Positions 17,494 through 28,041 of a DNA stretch of 40,799 bases are shown here, one piece after another. Below the pieces are notes generated by a model. It made no database searches. It had not been told where the DNA came from and saw nothing but the letters and a program-made list of their open reading frames with translations. A program made the translations under genes and the position numbers. The stretch spans positions 1-40,799 of the forward strand of contig CAZQZC010000001.1 of the NCBI GenBank assembly GCA_964597685.1. The letters are read 5' to 3'. Numbering within the stretch: position 1 is the stretch's first letter; each line of letters starts with the position of its first letter. Source of the DNA: an uncultured Hyphomonadaceae bacterium. GTDB taxonomy: Bacteria; Pseudomonadota; Alphaproteobacteria; Caulobacterales; Hyphomonadaceae.

Positions 17494-17558
17494 CTATTCC
17501 AGAAGCGCCGCACTATCTTTGGCTCGCTAGCGGTACACGGATAACCGAGGTCAAACGC

Positions 17559-18779
17559 ATGAAGCATCTTCAGGCCTTCGAAAACGCGCTTAACGTCATC
17601 CACGATGAAGGCCGTTATCGCGTCTTCTTGGACCTCCATCGTCACCGGGGGCGCTTTCCGCGAGCTACCGCAAGAACACCGGATGGCGGCGAACGCGAGA
17701 TCGTTGTGTGGTGCTCAAACGATTATCTCGGAATGGGCCAGGACGACGATGTGATCCAGGCGATGCATGAAGCTGTCGACAGTTTCGGCGCTGGGTCCGG
17801 CGGTACGCGCAATATTTCCGGTACGACGCGCTTTCACGTCGATTTAGAGCAGGAACTGGCCGATCTTCATGGCAAGTCCGGCGCGCTCCTCTTCACATCG
17901 GGCTATGTCGCCAACGAAGCGACGCTGTCGACCCTTGGAAAGATCCTGCCCGATCTGATCATCTATTCCGACGCACTTAATCACGCCTCGATGATTGAAG
18001 GCATTCGCCGGTCGGGGGCGGACCGTAGAGTATTCAAGCATAACGATCTCGCCCATCTGCGGGCGCTAATGGAGAACGACGACCCGAGCCGGCCCAAAGT
18101 TATCGCGTTCGAGAGCGTGTATTCCATGGACGGCGATATCGCGCCAATCGAAGCGCTTTGTGACTTAGCCGACGAATTCGACGCCATAACCTATCTCGAC
18201 GAAGTGCATGCGGTCGGCCTTTACGGCGCCGAGGGGGCCGGCGTCGCTGAACGCGACAACATAATGGACCGAATCGACATCATCGAGGGCACCTTGGCGA
18301 AGGCCTACGGTGTAATGGGGGGATACATCGCGGCGGAGACGGCGGTGATTGATGCGATCCGCTCAATGGCGCCTGGTTTTATCTTCACAACGTCGACCTG
18401 TCCGGTGATGGCGGCCGGCGCCCTGGCAAGCGTTCGAAAGCTTCGCTCCATAACAGGCCAAAACTTGCGTCACGACCACCAGGCGAAAGCGGCTTTGCTA
18501 AAGCAAAAGTTTCAGGATGCGGGTTTGCCCGCAATGCCCAGCGAATCGCACATTGTACCGCTTTTGGTTGGCGACCCTGAACGTTGCAAGGCGTTGTCCG
18601 ATACGCTGCTCTTCGACTTCGGGATATATGTTCAGCCGATCAATTATCCGACTGTGCCGAAGGGAACTGAACGGCTGCGCTTCACGCCGAGCCCTGTTCA
18701 CACCGAAGCCATGATGGACGATTTGGTTGCGGCCATTCTCGCGGTCTGGAAGCAGCTTGGGCTAGACCAGGCGGCCTAA
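17559..18779 (+). CDS. hemA: 5-aminolevulinate synthase
   Basis: 406 aa in the alpha-oxoamine synthase family. Motifs are [22 protein letters not shown], the DEVHAVG PLP region and TLAKAYG (Lys). The N-terminus F..AL....EGRYRVF is typical of ALAS. Confidence 0.93.
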   Translation: MKHLQAFENALNVIHDEGRYRVFLDLHRHRGRFPRATARTPDGGEREIVVWCSNDYLGMGQDDDVIQAMHEAVDSFGAGSGGTRNISGTTRFHVDLEQELADLHGKSGALLFTSGYVANEATLSTLGKILPDLIIYSDALNHASMIEGIRRSGADRRVFKHNDLAHLRALMENDDPSRPKVIAFESVYSMDGDIAPIEALCDLADEFDAITYLDEVHAVGLYGAEGAGVAERDNIMDRIDIIEGTLAKAYGVMGGYIAAETAVIDAIRSMAPGFIFTTSTCPVMAAGALASVRKLRSITGQNLRHDHQAKAALLKQKFQDAGLPAMPSESHIVPLLVGDPERCKALSDTLLFDFGIYVQPINYPTVPKGTERLRFTPSPVHTEAMMDDLVAAILAVWKQLGLDQAA

Positions 18780-18790
18780 TTTCCATCCAG

Positions 18791-18818
18791 AAAGAAAAGG
18801 GCGGTCGAATGACCGCCC
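18791..18818 (-). terminator. Rho-independent terminator of mucR (minus-strand orientation)
   Basis: GGGCGGTC (18799-18806) / GACCGCCC (18811-18818) with a 4-nt loop. On the minus strand it is followed by TTTTCTTT (18798-18791). It also lies 20 nt after the hemA stop. Confidence 0.75.
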
Positions 18819-18872
18819 TCGCATTGACAATTTACTGATCGTCGCATGAGACGCGCAGTATCAAGATACGTC

Positions 18873-19295
18873 TCAACTTTTCTTCTTGCGCCCCAGGCCG
18901 ATATCCTTGGCGAACTGGGAGCGTCGCTTAGCATAGTTTGGCGCCACCATGGGATAATCCGCCGGCAAGTTCCAGCGAGTGCGATAGTCTTCGGGCGTCA
19001 TATCGTAGCGGGTGCGCAAGTAGCGCTTGAGCATTTTTAGCTTTCGGCCGTCCTCTAAGCAGATGATGTGATCCGGCGTGACGGACTTGGAAATTGGCAC
19101 CGCAGGCTCCGGCCGTTCTTCTTCGGCAGGCTCGCCCTGCGACAATTCCGACAACGACTGGTGTACAGTTTTAATGAGTTCCGGCAACGCGGAGGCGTGC
19201 GTAGGGTTGTTTGAAACAAACGATGAGACGACTTCGGCAGTCATCTCCAAAATGTCTTGCGCCTGCAGACCATCAACGTCGCTTGGATTGGACAT
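18873..19295 (-). CDS. mucR: Ros/MucR family transcriptional regulator (zinc-ligand-deficient variant)
   Basis: The C-terminal DNA-binding domain is DHIICLEDGRKLKMLKRYLRTRYDMTPEDYRTRWNLPADYPMVAPNYAKRRSQFAKDIGLG. I placed the start at Met15 of the track ORF (MSNPSD), which has AAGAAGGG 7 nt upstream. The product is 140 aa. Confidence 0.88.
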   Translation of the reverse strand: MSNPSDVDGLQAQDILEMTAEVVSSFVSNNPTHASALPELIKTVHQSLSELSQGEPAEEERPEPAVPISKSVTPDHIICLEDGRKLKMLKRYLRTRYDMTPEDYRTRWNLPADYPMVAPNYAKRRSQFAKDIGLGRKKKS

Positions 19296-19502
19296 AATAG
19301 ACCCTTCTTGTGAAGATTTATATAGAACCGTGGCCATAAGGCCAATTTGGAAAAAGAATCAAGTATTGGAGAATTGATATTGCACAAAATCGCGAGAGTT
19401 TGAGCGATCAGCGCGTCCGCCGAGTAAGATTTGCAAGCCTTGCCGACCGGGCGTCAGGCTCATAAGTCTCCCAATCTACACATGTCAGCCGAGCGTGGTG
19501 CG

Positions 19503-20804
19503 ATGCCAGATACAGCCCCCATACCTCCCGTCCGCAGTCCCGAATTCTTCAGCGACGGCGTCCAGCAACGCGACCCTGACGTCCAAGCGGCGCTACTGGC
19601 TGAGGCGCGTCGTCAACAGGGCAATATTGAGTTGATCGCATCCGAGAACATTGTGTCGAAAGCGGTGCTCGAAGCCCAAGGTTCCGTTCTGACGAACAAA
19701 TACGCAGAAGGTTATCCTGGAAGACGATATTATGGCGGCTGCGAGGACGTTGACGTCGTTGAGACGCTCGCGATTGAGCGAGCCAAAGATTTATTTGGCG
19801 CGTCTTGGGCGAATGTGCAGCCCCATTCCGGCGCCAATGCGAATCAAGCGGTCTTTTTCGCGCTCATGGAGCCGGGCGATACATTTATGGGGATGGATCT
19901 GGCGGCTGGCGGCCACCTCACCCATGGCAGCCCGGTGAATCAGTCGGGAAAATGGTTCAATGTCGTGAGCTACGGCGTCGATCCGGAGACGCACCTAATT
20001 GACTACGACGCCATGGAGGCGGCCGCGCTGGAGCACCGGCCCAAGGTCATCATTGGCGGCGCGACGGCTTATTTTCGGTTTGTCGATTTCACGCGCATGC
20101 GCGTCATCGCCGACAAGTGCGGCGCCTACCTGATGGCGGATATGAGCCATTTCGCAGGCTTGGTCGCCGGCGGCGCATACCCAAATCCGCTGGATCACGT
20201 CCATGTTGCGACGACAACGACCCACAAGACCCTGCGCGGTCCGCGAGGCGGATTGATTCTGACGCGCGACGAAGAATTAGGAAAGAAGATCAACTTCGCG
20301 GTGTTTCCTGGACTGCAGGGCGGACCGCTGATGCATGTGATCGCCGCCAAAGCCGTCGCTTTTGGCGAAGCGCTCCAGCCCGAGTTTAAGACCTATGCGG
20401 CGCAAATCGTCTCGAACGCCAAGGCCATGGCGGCGCGCTTGCAAATGCACGGACTGGACATCGTCTCCAGCGGCACTGACAGCCACGCCATGCTCGTCGA
20501 TCTCCGACCAAAGGGCGTGACCGGAAAGACCGCCGAAAAGGCGCTCGATCGCGCCGCGATCACCTGTAACAAGAACGCAATCCCGAACGATCCTGAAAAG
20601 CCCTTTGTTACGTCAGGCATCCGCGTCGGCGCGCCGGCGGGAACCACCCGAGGGTTCCGAGAGGCGGAATTCGAACAGATCGCCGACTGGATTGTGCGAG
20701 TGCTCGACGGGCTGGCGACAGGCGACAGCGACGCCGTGGAACAGCAGGTGCGCGCGGAGGTGAAATCGCTTACGGATCGCTTCCCAATTTACGCGGAGGA
20801 CTGA
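19503..20804 (+). CDS. glyA: Serine hydroxymethyltransferase
   Basis: Motifs are [39 protein letters not shown] and [14 protein letters not shown] (PLP Lys). The start is uncertain. ATG 19503 gives 433 aa, ATG 19482 gives 440 aa, and the track start at 19431 is TTG. Confidence 0.9.
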   Translation: MPDTAPIPPVRSPEFFSDGVQQRDPDVQAALLAEARRQQGNIELIASENIVSKAVLEAQGSVLTNKYAEGYPGRRYYGGCEDVDVVETLAIERAKDLFGASWANVQPHSGANANQAVFFALMEPGDTFMGMDLAAGGHLTHGSPVNQSGKWFNVVSYGVDPETHLIDYDAMEAAALEHRPKVIIGGATAYFRFVDFTRMRVIADKCGAYLMADMSHFAGLVAGGAYPNPLDHVHVATTTTHKTLRGPRGGLILTRDEELGKKINFAVFPGLQGGPLMHVIAAKAVAFGEALQPEFKTYAAQIVSNAKAMAARLQMHGLDIVSSGTDSHAMLVDLRPKGVTGKTAEKALDRAAITCNKNAIPNDPEKPFVTSGIRVGAPAGTTRGFREAEFEQIADWIVRVLDGLATGDSDAVEQQVRAEVKSLTDRFPIYAED

Positions 20805-20806
20805 GA

Positions 20807-21274
20807 TTGCGGTGTCCGTTTTGCGGGGCGGAAGACACAGCCGTTAAGGATTCCCGGTCCGCAGAAGACGGCGGAGCGGTTCGGCGCCGGCGCAGCTGCA
20901 GCAAATGCGGTGGACGGTTCACGACTTTCGAACGTGTTCAGCTCCGAGAAGTCATGGTCCTGAAGCGAGACGGCAAGCGCTCGCCGTTCGAGCGAGAGAA
21001 GCTTGCCAGATCGGTCAAGATCGCGTTGCGAAAGCGTCCCGTGGCGGATGAGCAGATCGACCAGCTCGTCTCGGGAATCGTCCGCCGTTTAGAGAGCCTG
21101 GGCGATAACGAGGTGTCGTCCCAACGCATTGGCGGTTTGGTCATGGAAGCCCTACGCGATCTCGATCCCGTGGGCTATGTGCGTTACGCCAGCGTCTACA
21201 AGGATTTTCGAGACCCAAGCGATTTCGCGCAATTCATTGAGGCTGCGGAATTGAAGGAAGGCGGCGAGCCATGA
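20807..21274 (+). CDS. nrdR: Transcriptional repressor NrdR
   Basis: TTG start 6 nt after GGAGGA. The zinc ribbon is [15 protein letters not shown]...[12 protein letters not shown], followed by an ATP-cone domain. The product is 155 aa. Confidence 0.93.
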   Translation: MRCPFCGAEDTAVKDSRSAEDGGAVRRRRSCSKCGGRFTTFERVQLREVMVLKRDGKRSPFEREKLARSVKIALRKRPVADEQIDQLVSGIVRRLESLGDNEVSSQRIGGLVMEALRDLDPVGYVRYASVYKDFRDPSDFAQFIEAAELKEGGEP

Positions 21275-22002
21275 CCGACCGCGCGTCGGTGACCTTGAAG
21301 CTTGCGACGTCAATCGATTCTCGGATTGCGCTGTCCGACGGAACCAGTCAGTGGATAACATGCGCTGAAAGCCGAAAACGCGCTCACAAAATGCGCGCCG
21401 AACACGACGCCGTGCTTGTTGGGCTCGGGACCGTTCTCGCCGATGATCCCCTTTTGACAGCACGTCTGGATGGATACCAGCCAGCCCAACCATTACGGAT
21501 CGTCGCCGATTCGCGCGCACGCACGCCGATCGACGGCCAATTGGTCAGATCGATTTCGCCTGACCGGCCAGTCTGCGTCGCCATGGGGGTCAACGGCGTC
21601 GACGAACTCGAGGCGCACCGGCGCGCCGATGCGCTCTCCAAGGCCGGGGTTCATGTGAGGAAAGTCGTGCGCGCAGCGTGGGGCGGCCTGGATCCGGAAG
21701 GGCTCGTCGCGGCGATTGACGGCTTGCTTGGGGCGGATCTCAAGACCGAGCCGCGGGGATCTAAAGGTAGAACCGTCCTCTTGGAGGGAGGAGGGCGCCT
21801 GGCCGCCTCCTTCGTGCGCGCCGGCTTAGTTGATCGGATCGCGTGGTTCCGGGCGCCGATCCTGATCGGGAGCGATGGCGCGCCGGCGCTTGGAGATTTG
21901 GGCCTCACGACTCTCTCCGCTGCCGCCAGATTTACGCTTACCGCGACGGAACAGATTGGGGACGACGTTCTGGACACCTATGTCCGGGGTCAGGAGGACT
22001 GA
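21271..22002 (+). CDS. ribD: 5-amino-6-(5-phosphoribosylamino)uracil reductase (RibD reductase domain only)
   Basis: ATGA overlap with nrdR. The product begins directly with the reductase-domain signature [59 protein letters not shown] and is 243 aa. No CMP/dCMP-type deaminase domain is present. Confidence 0.85.
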   Translation: MTDRASVTLKLATSIDSRIALSDGTSQWITCAESRKRAHKMRAEHDAVLVGLGTVLADDPLLTARLDGYQPAQPLRIVADSRARTPIDGQLVRSISPDRPVCVAMGVNGVDELEAHRRADALSKAGVHVRKVVRAAWGGLDPEGLVAAIDGLLGADLKTEPRGSKGRTVLLEGGGRLAASFVRAGLVDRIAWFRAPILIGSDGAPALGDLGLTTLSAAARFTLTATEQIGDDVLDTYVRGQED

Positions 22003-22006
22003 AGGC

Positions 22007-22639
22007 ATGTTCACTGGTCTCGTCTCGGACTTAGGCGTCATTCGCAAAGCGGAGCAGAGAAACGGTCTCACCCGGTTTGACGTGGAAAGCGCTTACGCGC
22101 CTGACAGTGTGGCTCTGGGAGCCTCCATCATGCACTCCGGCGTTTGTCTTACGATTGTCGACATCAATCCCGTTGACGGGGGCGGAAGTCGCTGGGTTGT
22201 CGAAGCTGTCCCGGAGACAATGTCACGTTCGGTGCTTGGTGATTGGCGCGAAGGCGACCGAGTGAATCTTGAACAATCCTTGCGATTAGGCGACGAACTC
22301 GGCGGGCACTTCGTGTTCGGCCATGTCGACGGAATAGGCGAAATTGTAGCGGTCGAGGCGGAAGGCCAATCGCATCGCGTGACTATTCGTCCCCCCGCCG
22401 AAATAGCTCGATATTTCGCGGAGAAAGGATCTGTCGCGGTGGACGGCGTGTCTCTCACGGTCGCCGCAGCCCTATCGAATGGCGATTTCCAGGTCGCCAT
22501 CATTCCTCATACCTGGCAGGTGACGACCCTTGGCGGGCTGAGCGCGGGCGACAAAGTCAATCTCGAGATCGACATGCTGGCGCGCTACGTCGCCCGAATG
22601 ATCGGCGTTGATGCGCCAAAGGTGAGCGCCGATGAGTGA
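22007..22639 (+). CDS. ribE: Riboflavin synthase (alpha chain)
   Basis: I placed the start at the internal ATG giving the canonical MFTGLV N-terminus. A duplicated lumazine-binding repeat is present (GASIMHSGVCLTIV / GSVAVDGVSLTV). The product is 210 aa. Confidence 0.92.
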   Translation: MFTGLVSDLGVIRKAEQRNGLTRFDVESAYAPDSVALGASIMHSGVCLTIVDINPVDGGGSRWVVEAVPETMSRSVLGDWREGDRVNLEQSLRLGDELGGHFVFGHVDGIGEIVAVEAEGQSHRVTIRPPAEIARYFAEKGSVAVDGVSLTVAAALSNGDFQVAIIPHTWQVTTLGGLSAGDKVNLEIDMLARYVARMIGVDAPKVSADE

Positions 22640-23762
22640 AAACCTTTCCGCTGCAATCTCGTCTATTGACGAAATTATCGATGACGCCCGCAATGGCCGT
22701 ATGTTCATCCTCGTTGACGCGGAAGACCGTGAAAACGAGGGGGACCTGGTCGTCCCCGCCTCATTTGCGACGCCTGAGGCCGTCAACTTCATGGCCCGCC
22801 ACGGTCGTGGCCTCATTTGCCTGGCCATGACAGGAGAGCGCGCCGGCGCTCTGAACCTCGATATGATGAGCCGTGACAACCGCGAAAGCATGGGTACAGC
22901 TTTCACGGTCTCGATCGAGGCGAAGGACGGCGTCACGACGGGCATCTCCGCCCATGATCGCGCGCGTACGGTGGCGGTCGCGATCGATCCAGCGAAGGAT
23001 CACCATGACATCGTCACGCCTGGTCATGTTTTTCCGCTGATCGCGAGGGACGGAGGGACGCTGGTGCGCGCTGGCCATACTGAGGCCGCTGTCGATATCG
23101 CCCGCACCGCCGGCCTGTATCCGGCTGGGGTGATCTGCGAAATTATGAACGACGACGGCACGATGGCGCGCTTGCCAGACCTCGTCGCCTTCGCCCAGCT
23201 GCACAATTTGAAGATCGGAACGATCGCGGATTTGATTGCTTGGCGGCGCAAAAACGACCGCTTCCTGGAGCGGCGCGTCGAGGCCCCCCTGGAAAGCGCC
23301 TATGGCGAAGGGTTCAAGACGGTTGTTTTCCGCAACACGCTCGATAATTCGGAGCATATCGCCATCGTCCATGGCGACATCACGCCTGCTTCCACGACGC
23401 TCGTCCGCGTGCACCGAACGGACGTTTTAGCGGATATTCTCGGCGAGCGCGGTCCGCGCGAAGGCTTGGTCGAGCGAGCGATGCGCATGATCGCGACGGC
23501 GGACGAGCCGGGCGTGGTCGTGTTCGTGAATACGATGCGCCCTAACGCCTTGGCGGCGCGGCTGGGGATGAAGGTCGACGATCAACATGATCCGCATGCG
23601 CCATTGCGTGAATATGGCGTCGGCGCGCAGATCCTCAGAGATCTCGGCGTTCGACGGATGGTGTTCCTTTCCAACACGCCGCCGACCCGGGTCGCAGGTC
23701 TTGACGGGTATGGCCTCACCATAGAGGGGTGGCGGGCCCTGAACGGAGATACGCCCGAATGA
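22632..23762 (+). CDS. ribB: 3,4-dihydroxy-2-butanone-4-phosphate synthase fused to a degenerate GTP cyclohydrolase II-like domain (RibBX type)
   Basis: The N-terminal DHBP synthase domain is intact (DAEDRENEGDLV, GHTEAAVDIAR). The C-terminal domain aligns to RibA (VRVH..., EYGVGAQILRDLGV) but lacks the Cys zinc ligands. Confidence 0.88.
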   Translation: MSENLSAAISSIDEIIDDARNGRMFILVDAEDRENEGDLVVPASFATPEAVNFMARHGRGLICLAMTGERAGALNLDMMSRDNRESMGTAFTVSIEAKDGVTTGISAHDRARTVAVAIDPAKDHHDIVTPGHVFPLIARDGGTLVRAGHTEAAVDIARTAGLYPAGVICEIMNDDGTMARLPDLVAFAQLHNLKIGTIADLIAWRRKNDRFLERRVEAPLESAYGEGFKTVVFRNTLDNSEHIAIVHGDITPASTTLVRVHRTDVLADILGERGPREGLVERAMRMIATADEPGVVVFVNTMRPNALAARLGMKVDDQHDPHAPLREYGVGAQILRDLGVRRMVFLSNTPPTRVAGLDGYGLTIEGWRALNGDTPE

Positions 23763-24187
23763 CTTCCCGCGTCTTGATCGCGACGTCGCGCTACTACGAA
23801 AATATCACGTTGGAGCTTGAGGCGGGCGCAAACGAAGTGCTGGCCGCCGCCGACGCGATTGTCGAGACCATCGAAGTGCCCGGCGCTTTCGAAGTGCCTG
23901 GCGCCATCGCCATGGCGGCCGACAGCGCGAAGTATGACGGCTATATTGCGTTGGGCTGCGTGGTCCGCGGGGAGACGTCGCACTACGATTATGTGTGTGG
24001 CGAAAGCGCCCGGGGACTCATGACCTTGGCCGTGGAGCGCAGGCTCGCGATCGGCTACGGAATTTTGACCGTTGAGTCGCAGGACCAAGCTTGGGTCAGG
24101 GCGGATCGAACCCAAAAGAACAAAGGCGCCGACGCCGCCGAAGCCTGCCTCGCCATGTTGGCCCTTCGCAAGAAGTTTGTCCGTTGA
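23759..24187 (+). CDS. ribH: 6,7-dimethyl-8-ribityllumazine synthase
   Basis: ATGA overlap with ribB. The product is 142 aa with VPGAFEVPG and GCVVRGETSHYDYVC motifs. Confidence 0.92.
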   Translation: MTSRVLIATSRYYENITLELEAGANEVLAAADAIVETIEVPGAFEVPGAIAMAADSAKYDGYIALGCVVRGETSHYDYVCGESARGLMTLAVERRLAIGYGILTVESQDQAWVRADRTQKNKGADAAEACLAMLALRKKFVR

Positions 24188-24669
24188 GCGAACAAAAGCT
24201 TCCCTTCGACGTCAAGCGCGCACGCCGCGCTGGCGCCCGGCTCGCCGCAACGCAAGCCCTTTACCAAATGGAACAGACCGGCCAGAGCGCGAACGGCGTG
24301 ATCGGCGAGTTCAAGTCTGACCGCCTCGGCCTGGGGCCCGACGGCGAGCCGGTTGAAGACGCGGATCCTGACCTTTTCACGTCTATTGTAACCAACGTTG
24401 TCGACCGCCAGGACATCGTTGATGCGGCCATATCCAAGCGACTCGCAGATGGATGGAAGCTGGCGCGGCTCGATGCCACGACACGTGCGATCCTGCGCGC
24501 CGCCGCCGCAGAGTTTATCGCGCACGAACACCTGAGCGACGCGATTATCCTCGACGAGTATGTATCGATAGCCCACGCGTTTTTCGACGGAGACGAGCCG
24601 CGCTTCGTCAACGGCGTGCTGGACAAGGTCGCCAAAGATCTTCGCGCGGAAGGACAGCGCGTTTCATAG
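24184..24669 (+). CDS. nusB: Transcription antitermination factor NusB
   Basis: TTG start overlapping the ribH stop (TTGA). Contains ARLAATQALYQMEQTG and RLDATTRAILRAAAAEF. The product is 161 aa. Confidence 0.88.
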   Translation: MSEQKLPFDVKRARRAGARLAATQALYQMEQTGQSANGVIGEFKSDRLGLGPDGEPVEDADPDLFTSIVTNVVDRQDIVDAAISKRLADGWKLARLDATTRAILRAAAAEFIAHEHLSDAIILDEYVSIAHAFFDGDEPRFVNGVLDKVAKDLRAEGQRVS

Positions 24670-24678
24670 CAACACAAT

Positions 24679-25605
24679 ATGTCTGAGTTCGACTGGATCG
24701 CCCGTTACTTCTCGCCCCTGGCGACGAGCAAAGGCGCGGCTGGTTTGCTCGACGACGTCGCCGAGCTTTCGATTGGTTCAGGGCGGCTGGTTGTAACATG
24801 CGACGCCCTAATCGAGAGCGTGCACTTCCTGGCCGACGATCCAATCGACACCGTCGCCCGGAAACTCGTGCGGGTGAATGTGTCGGATATTTTAGCGAAG
24901 GGCGCTCTTCCGGCTGAAGCGCTCTTGTCCCTGGGCTGGCCGGCTGGTCGCCCAGAGGCGGAATTGGCGAAGTTCGCAGAAGCTCTCGGCGATGACCTGG
25001 GCAAATGGGGCGCGACATTGATCGGTGGCGATACGGTGCGTGCGCCGCAGGGATTAATGGTCTCATTGACGATGACCGGCCGTTGCGGTGCGCGAGGACC
25101 CATCCGCCGGAGCGGGGCCGGGCTCGGCGACGACGTCTGGGTGACTGGTCAAATCGGCGCCGGCGGTTTGGGCCTTGACGCAGCGCGGAGGGGAGGGCGC
25201 TCTGACTTGGCCCGCCGCTATCGTGTACCTGAGCCGCCAGGTTTGGAGATAGCGCGGCTTATTGCAACCCACGCGACCGCTTCCATAGATGTGTCCGACG
25301 GTTTGCTTGCCGACGGCCGCAAGATCGCGTCCGCGTCGGACGTCCAGATGGCGCTGGCTTTGGATGATACGCCCTTTGTTCAGGCGCAAGCCACACTTGC
25401 GGGTGCGCTCAAGCTCGCGACCGCGGGAGACGATTATCAAACGCTCTTTACCGCGAAGCCGGCTTCCCGTGACGACCTCGTCGCGTCGACTGGCGTTTCA
25501 CTGACCCGAATCGGCAGAATGCTGGAAGGGCAGGGTGTTTCAGCGACGTGGCGCGGCGACCCGATCGATCTTCCGAAGTCGCTCGGCTTTGTTCATGGAG
25601 CCTGA
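24679..25605 (+). CDS. thiL: Thiamine-monophosphate kinase
   Basis: MSEFDWIARYFSPL N-terminus with DDVAEL, VVTCDALIESVHF, NVSDILAKGA and GGDTV motifs (AIR-synthase-like fold). Confidence 0.92.
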   Translation: MSEFDWIARYFSPLATSKGAAGLLDDVAELSIGSGRLVVTCDALIESVHFLADDPIDTVARKLVRVNVSDILAKGALPAEALLSLGWPAGRPEAELAKFAEALGDDLGKWGATLIGGDTVRAPQGLMVSLTMTGRCGARGPIRRSGAGLGDDVWVTGQIGAGGLGLDAARRGGRSDLARRYRVPEPPGLEIARLIATHATASIDVSDGLLADGRKIASASDVQMALALDDTPFVQAQATLAGALKLATAGDDYQTLFTAKPASRDDLVASTGVSLTRIGRMLEGQGVSATWRGDPIDLPKSLGFVHGA

Positions 25606-25725
25606 CACGCGTCGATAGCGCGACGATCGGTCCGCGAATTGCACATCCAATATGATGGACATTTCACGGAACCGTCCTAAACACCGCAGAAAATCAGAGT
25701 TTGAGCATCGTAAAGGGGGCTCCTT

Positions 25726-27870
25726 GTGACCTGGTACTTCATCGCGCTCGCCGCGGGCGTGTTGTCCGTAGCTTATGGCTGGTTTCAGATCAGCTCGATC
25801 ATGTCGGCGCCTGCGGGCGACAAACGCATGCAGGAAATCGCGAGGGCGATCCAAGAGGGCGCGAACGCCTATCTACGCCGGCAGTATCAGACCATCGCCA
25901 TCGTCGGGGCCGTGGTGACGGTCGTTCTCCTCGTCGCACTGGGCTGGCAGGCGGCCGCCGGCTTTCTGATTGGCGCGGTTTTGTCTGGGGCGGCCGGGTT
26001 TATCGGCATGTTGGTCTCGGTCCGCGCGAACGTTCGCACGACCGAAGCGTCTCGCCAGAGTCTTGGCGCTGGTCTGAATATCGCCTTCAAGTCCGGCGCC
26101 GTGACGGGGCTTCTTGTCGTCGGCCTCGCGCTGCTTGGCGTCGTGCTCTATTACGGCCTCCTGACGGGACCGGCGGGCTACGCCGAAAATGACCGTGAAG
26201 TCGTCGACGGTCTCGTCGCGCTCGGCTTTGGTGCGTCTTTGATCTCGATTTTTGCACGCCTGGGCGGGGGGATCTTCACCAAGGGCGCTGATGTCGGCGG
26301 CGATATGGTCGGCAAGGTGGAAGCTGGCATTCCGGAAGACGATCCCCGCAACGCCGCTACGATCGCAGACAATGTGGGCGACAATGTCGGCGATTGCGCC
26401 GGCATGGCCGCCGACCTCTTCGAGACCTACGCGGTGACCATCGTCGCCACCATGGTTCTAGGCGCGATCTACTTTGCCGGAACGTCGTTCCTGGCGGAGA
26501 TCATGATGCTGCCGCTCGCCATTTGCGCGGTGTGCATCGTGGCGTCCATTGCGGGAACATTCTTCGTGCGCCTTGGCCAAGGATCGCGAAACGTGATGGG
26601 AGCGCTCTACAAAGGTCTCATTGCGACCGGTGTGATCTCCGCTGCAGGACTTGCGATTGCGATTAATTTTGTCCTTCCGGCCGGCTTCGGCGAACTCGAC
26701 GGCGCAGCCGCCATTCTTGGATTGGGCGGCGCCGTAACCGGAGCGGACTTGTTCTTCTGCGGCCTGGTCGGCCTGGTTGTCACCGGGCTCATCGTTGTAA
26801 TCACCGAGTATTATACGGGCACAAATTACCGGCCGGTCCGCTCCGTCGCGCGCGCATCGGAATCCGGCCACGGCACGAACGTGATCCAAGGCCTCGCCGT
26901 ATCGCTTGAATCAACGGCGTTTCCGGCGTTGACGATCATTGGCGGCATCTTGCTAACGTTCAATCTCGCGGGCCTGTTCGGGATCGCGATCGCCACGACG
27001 ACTATGCTGGCGCTTGCTGGCATCATCGTCGCGCTCGACGCCTTTGGCCCTGTGACAGACAATGCCGGCGGCATCGCAGAAATGGCCGAATTGCCCTCAG
27101 AGGTGCGTGAAACGACAGATACGTTGGACGCCGTCGGCAACACCACCAAAGCTGTCACCAAGGGCTACGCCATTGGTTCGGCGGGCTTGGGCGCGTTGGT
27201 CTTGTTCGCTGCGTATACCGAAGACCTCAAATACTTCTCTGTGAACGCGGCCGAGGGGAGCTTGTTAAACGGCGTCACGGTCGATTTCGGACTGTCCAAC
27301 CCTTATGTCGTCGTGGGTCTGCTGTTTGGCGGTCTCTTGCCGTCGCTTTTCGGCGGCATGTCCATGATGGCCGTCGGGCGCGCCGCGCAAGCTGTTGTTG
27401 AAGAAGTGCGCCGTCAATTCCGTGAAATGCCGGGCATCATGAAGGGTGAAGAGCGTCCGGATTACGGCCGCGCGGTCGATATTCTGACCAAAGCCGCGAT
27501 CCGAGAGATGATCGTTCCCTCGCTGCTGCCGGTGCTGTCGCCTGTTGTCTTGTTCCTCGCAATCTGGGGGATTGGCGGTGTTGGCGCGGCGTTGTCCGCA
27601 GTTGGCGCCATGTTGCTCGGCGTGATCGTGACAGGCCTGTTTATCGCTATCTCGATGACATCGGGCGGTGGCGCTTGGGACAACGCCAAGAAATACATCG
27701 AAGACGGCAATCACGGCGGCAAAGGCTCCGAAGCGCATAAGGCCGCGGTCACGGGCGACACGGTTGGCGATCCTTACAAGGACACGTCTGGACCCGCTGT
27801 GAACCCGATGATCAAAATCACAAACATCGTGGCGCTTCTTATGTTGGCGGTGCTTGCCGGCGGACACTGA
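25726..27870 (+). CDS. hppA: Membrane-bound H+-translocating pyrophosphatase, K+-independent type
   Basis: GTG start after AAAGGGGG. The product is 714 aa with about 16 TM helices. Motifs are [21 protein letters not shown] and [28 protein letters not shown] carries Lys in the GNTT(A/K) position, which marks K+-independent enzymes. Confidence 0.95.
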   Translation: MTWYFIALAAGVLSVAYGWFQISSIMSAPAGDKRMQEIARAIQEGANAYLRRQYQTIAIVGAVVTVVLLVALGWQAAAGFLIGAVLSGAAGFIGMLVSVRANVRTTEASRQSLGAGLNIAFKSGAVTGLLVVGLALLGVVLYYGLLTGPAGYAENDREVVDGLVALGFGASLISIFARLGGGIFTKGADVGGDMVGKVEAGIPEDDPRNAATIADNVGDNVGDCAGMAADLFETYAVTIVATMVLGAIYFAGTSFLAEIMMLPLAICAVCIVASIAGTFFVRLGQGSRNVMGALYKGLIATGVISAAGLAIAINFVLPAGFGELDGAAAILGLGGAVTGADLFFCGLVGLVVTGLIVVITEYYTGTNYRPVRSVARASESGHGTNVIQGLAVSLESTAFPALTIIGGILLTFNLAGLFGIAIATTTMLALAGIIVALDAFGPVTDNAGGIAEMAELPSEVRETTDTLDAVGNTTKAVTKGYAIGSAGLGALVLFAAYTEDLKYFSVNAAEGSLLNGVTVDFGLSNPYVVVGLLFGGLLPSLFGGMSMMAVGRAAQAVVEEVRRQFREMPGIMKGEERPDYGRAVDILTKAAIREMIVPSLLPVLSPVVLFLAIWGIGGVGAALSAVGAMLLGVIVTGLFIAISMTSGGGAWDNAKKYIEDGNHGGKGSEAHKAAVTGDTVGDPYKDTSGPAVNPMIKITNIVALLMLAVLAGGH

Positions 27871-27895
27871 GCCGCAGATCATCGAAAGCTAGGGG

Positions 27896-27929
27896 AAGCC
27901 CGCGCTCTAATGGCGCGGGCTTTTCTTTT
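27896..27929 (+). terminator. Rho-independent terminator of hppA
   Basis: 9-bp GC-rich stem AGCCCGCGC (27897-27905) / GCGCGGGCT (27913-27921) with a 7-nt loop, followed by TTTCTTTT. Confidence 0.85.
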
Positions 27930-28041
27930 GACGCCTTGCTGACGCGCACGTGAGCTGAGTTGAGTTGTCCTAGGCGGCCACAATCTGAATATCGTGCCTG
28001 AGCCAAGGGCTCTGACATCGAGATTCTACAGGACGCACCTC

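Noticed and set aside
17492-17558. Possible Irr (ICE box), FNR or other operator in front of hemA: TTCTATTCCAGAA at 17492-17504 and the CGCTAGCG palindrome at about 17525.
   Set aside because: The arms are only 4 bp and do not match TTGAT-N4-ATCAA or the TTTAGAA-N3-TTCTAAA type ICE consensus. This is indistinguishable from chance.
19338-19502. Possible ZTP (pfl) or other riboswitch in the 5' region of glyA.
   Set aside because: The region contains only short hairpins (AGCCT...AGGCT, GAC/GTC). I could not find the conserved GGGTCGTGACTGGCG and CCGCCTGGGC elements of the ZTP motif as I recall them. A covariance-model search (Rfam RF01750) would be decisive.
25606-25725. Possible structured leader or terminator between thiL and hppA: CGTCG-ATAGCG-CGACG hairpin and CGGTCC...GGAACCG pairing.
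   Set aside because: The stems are only 5-6 bp, imperfect and without a T-tract. There is no resemblance to any riboswitch class I know.
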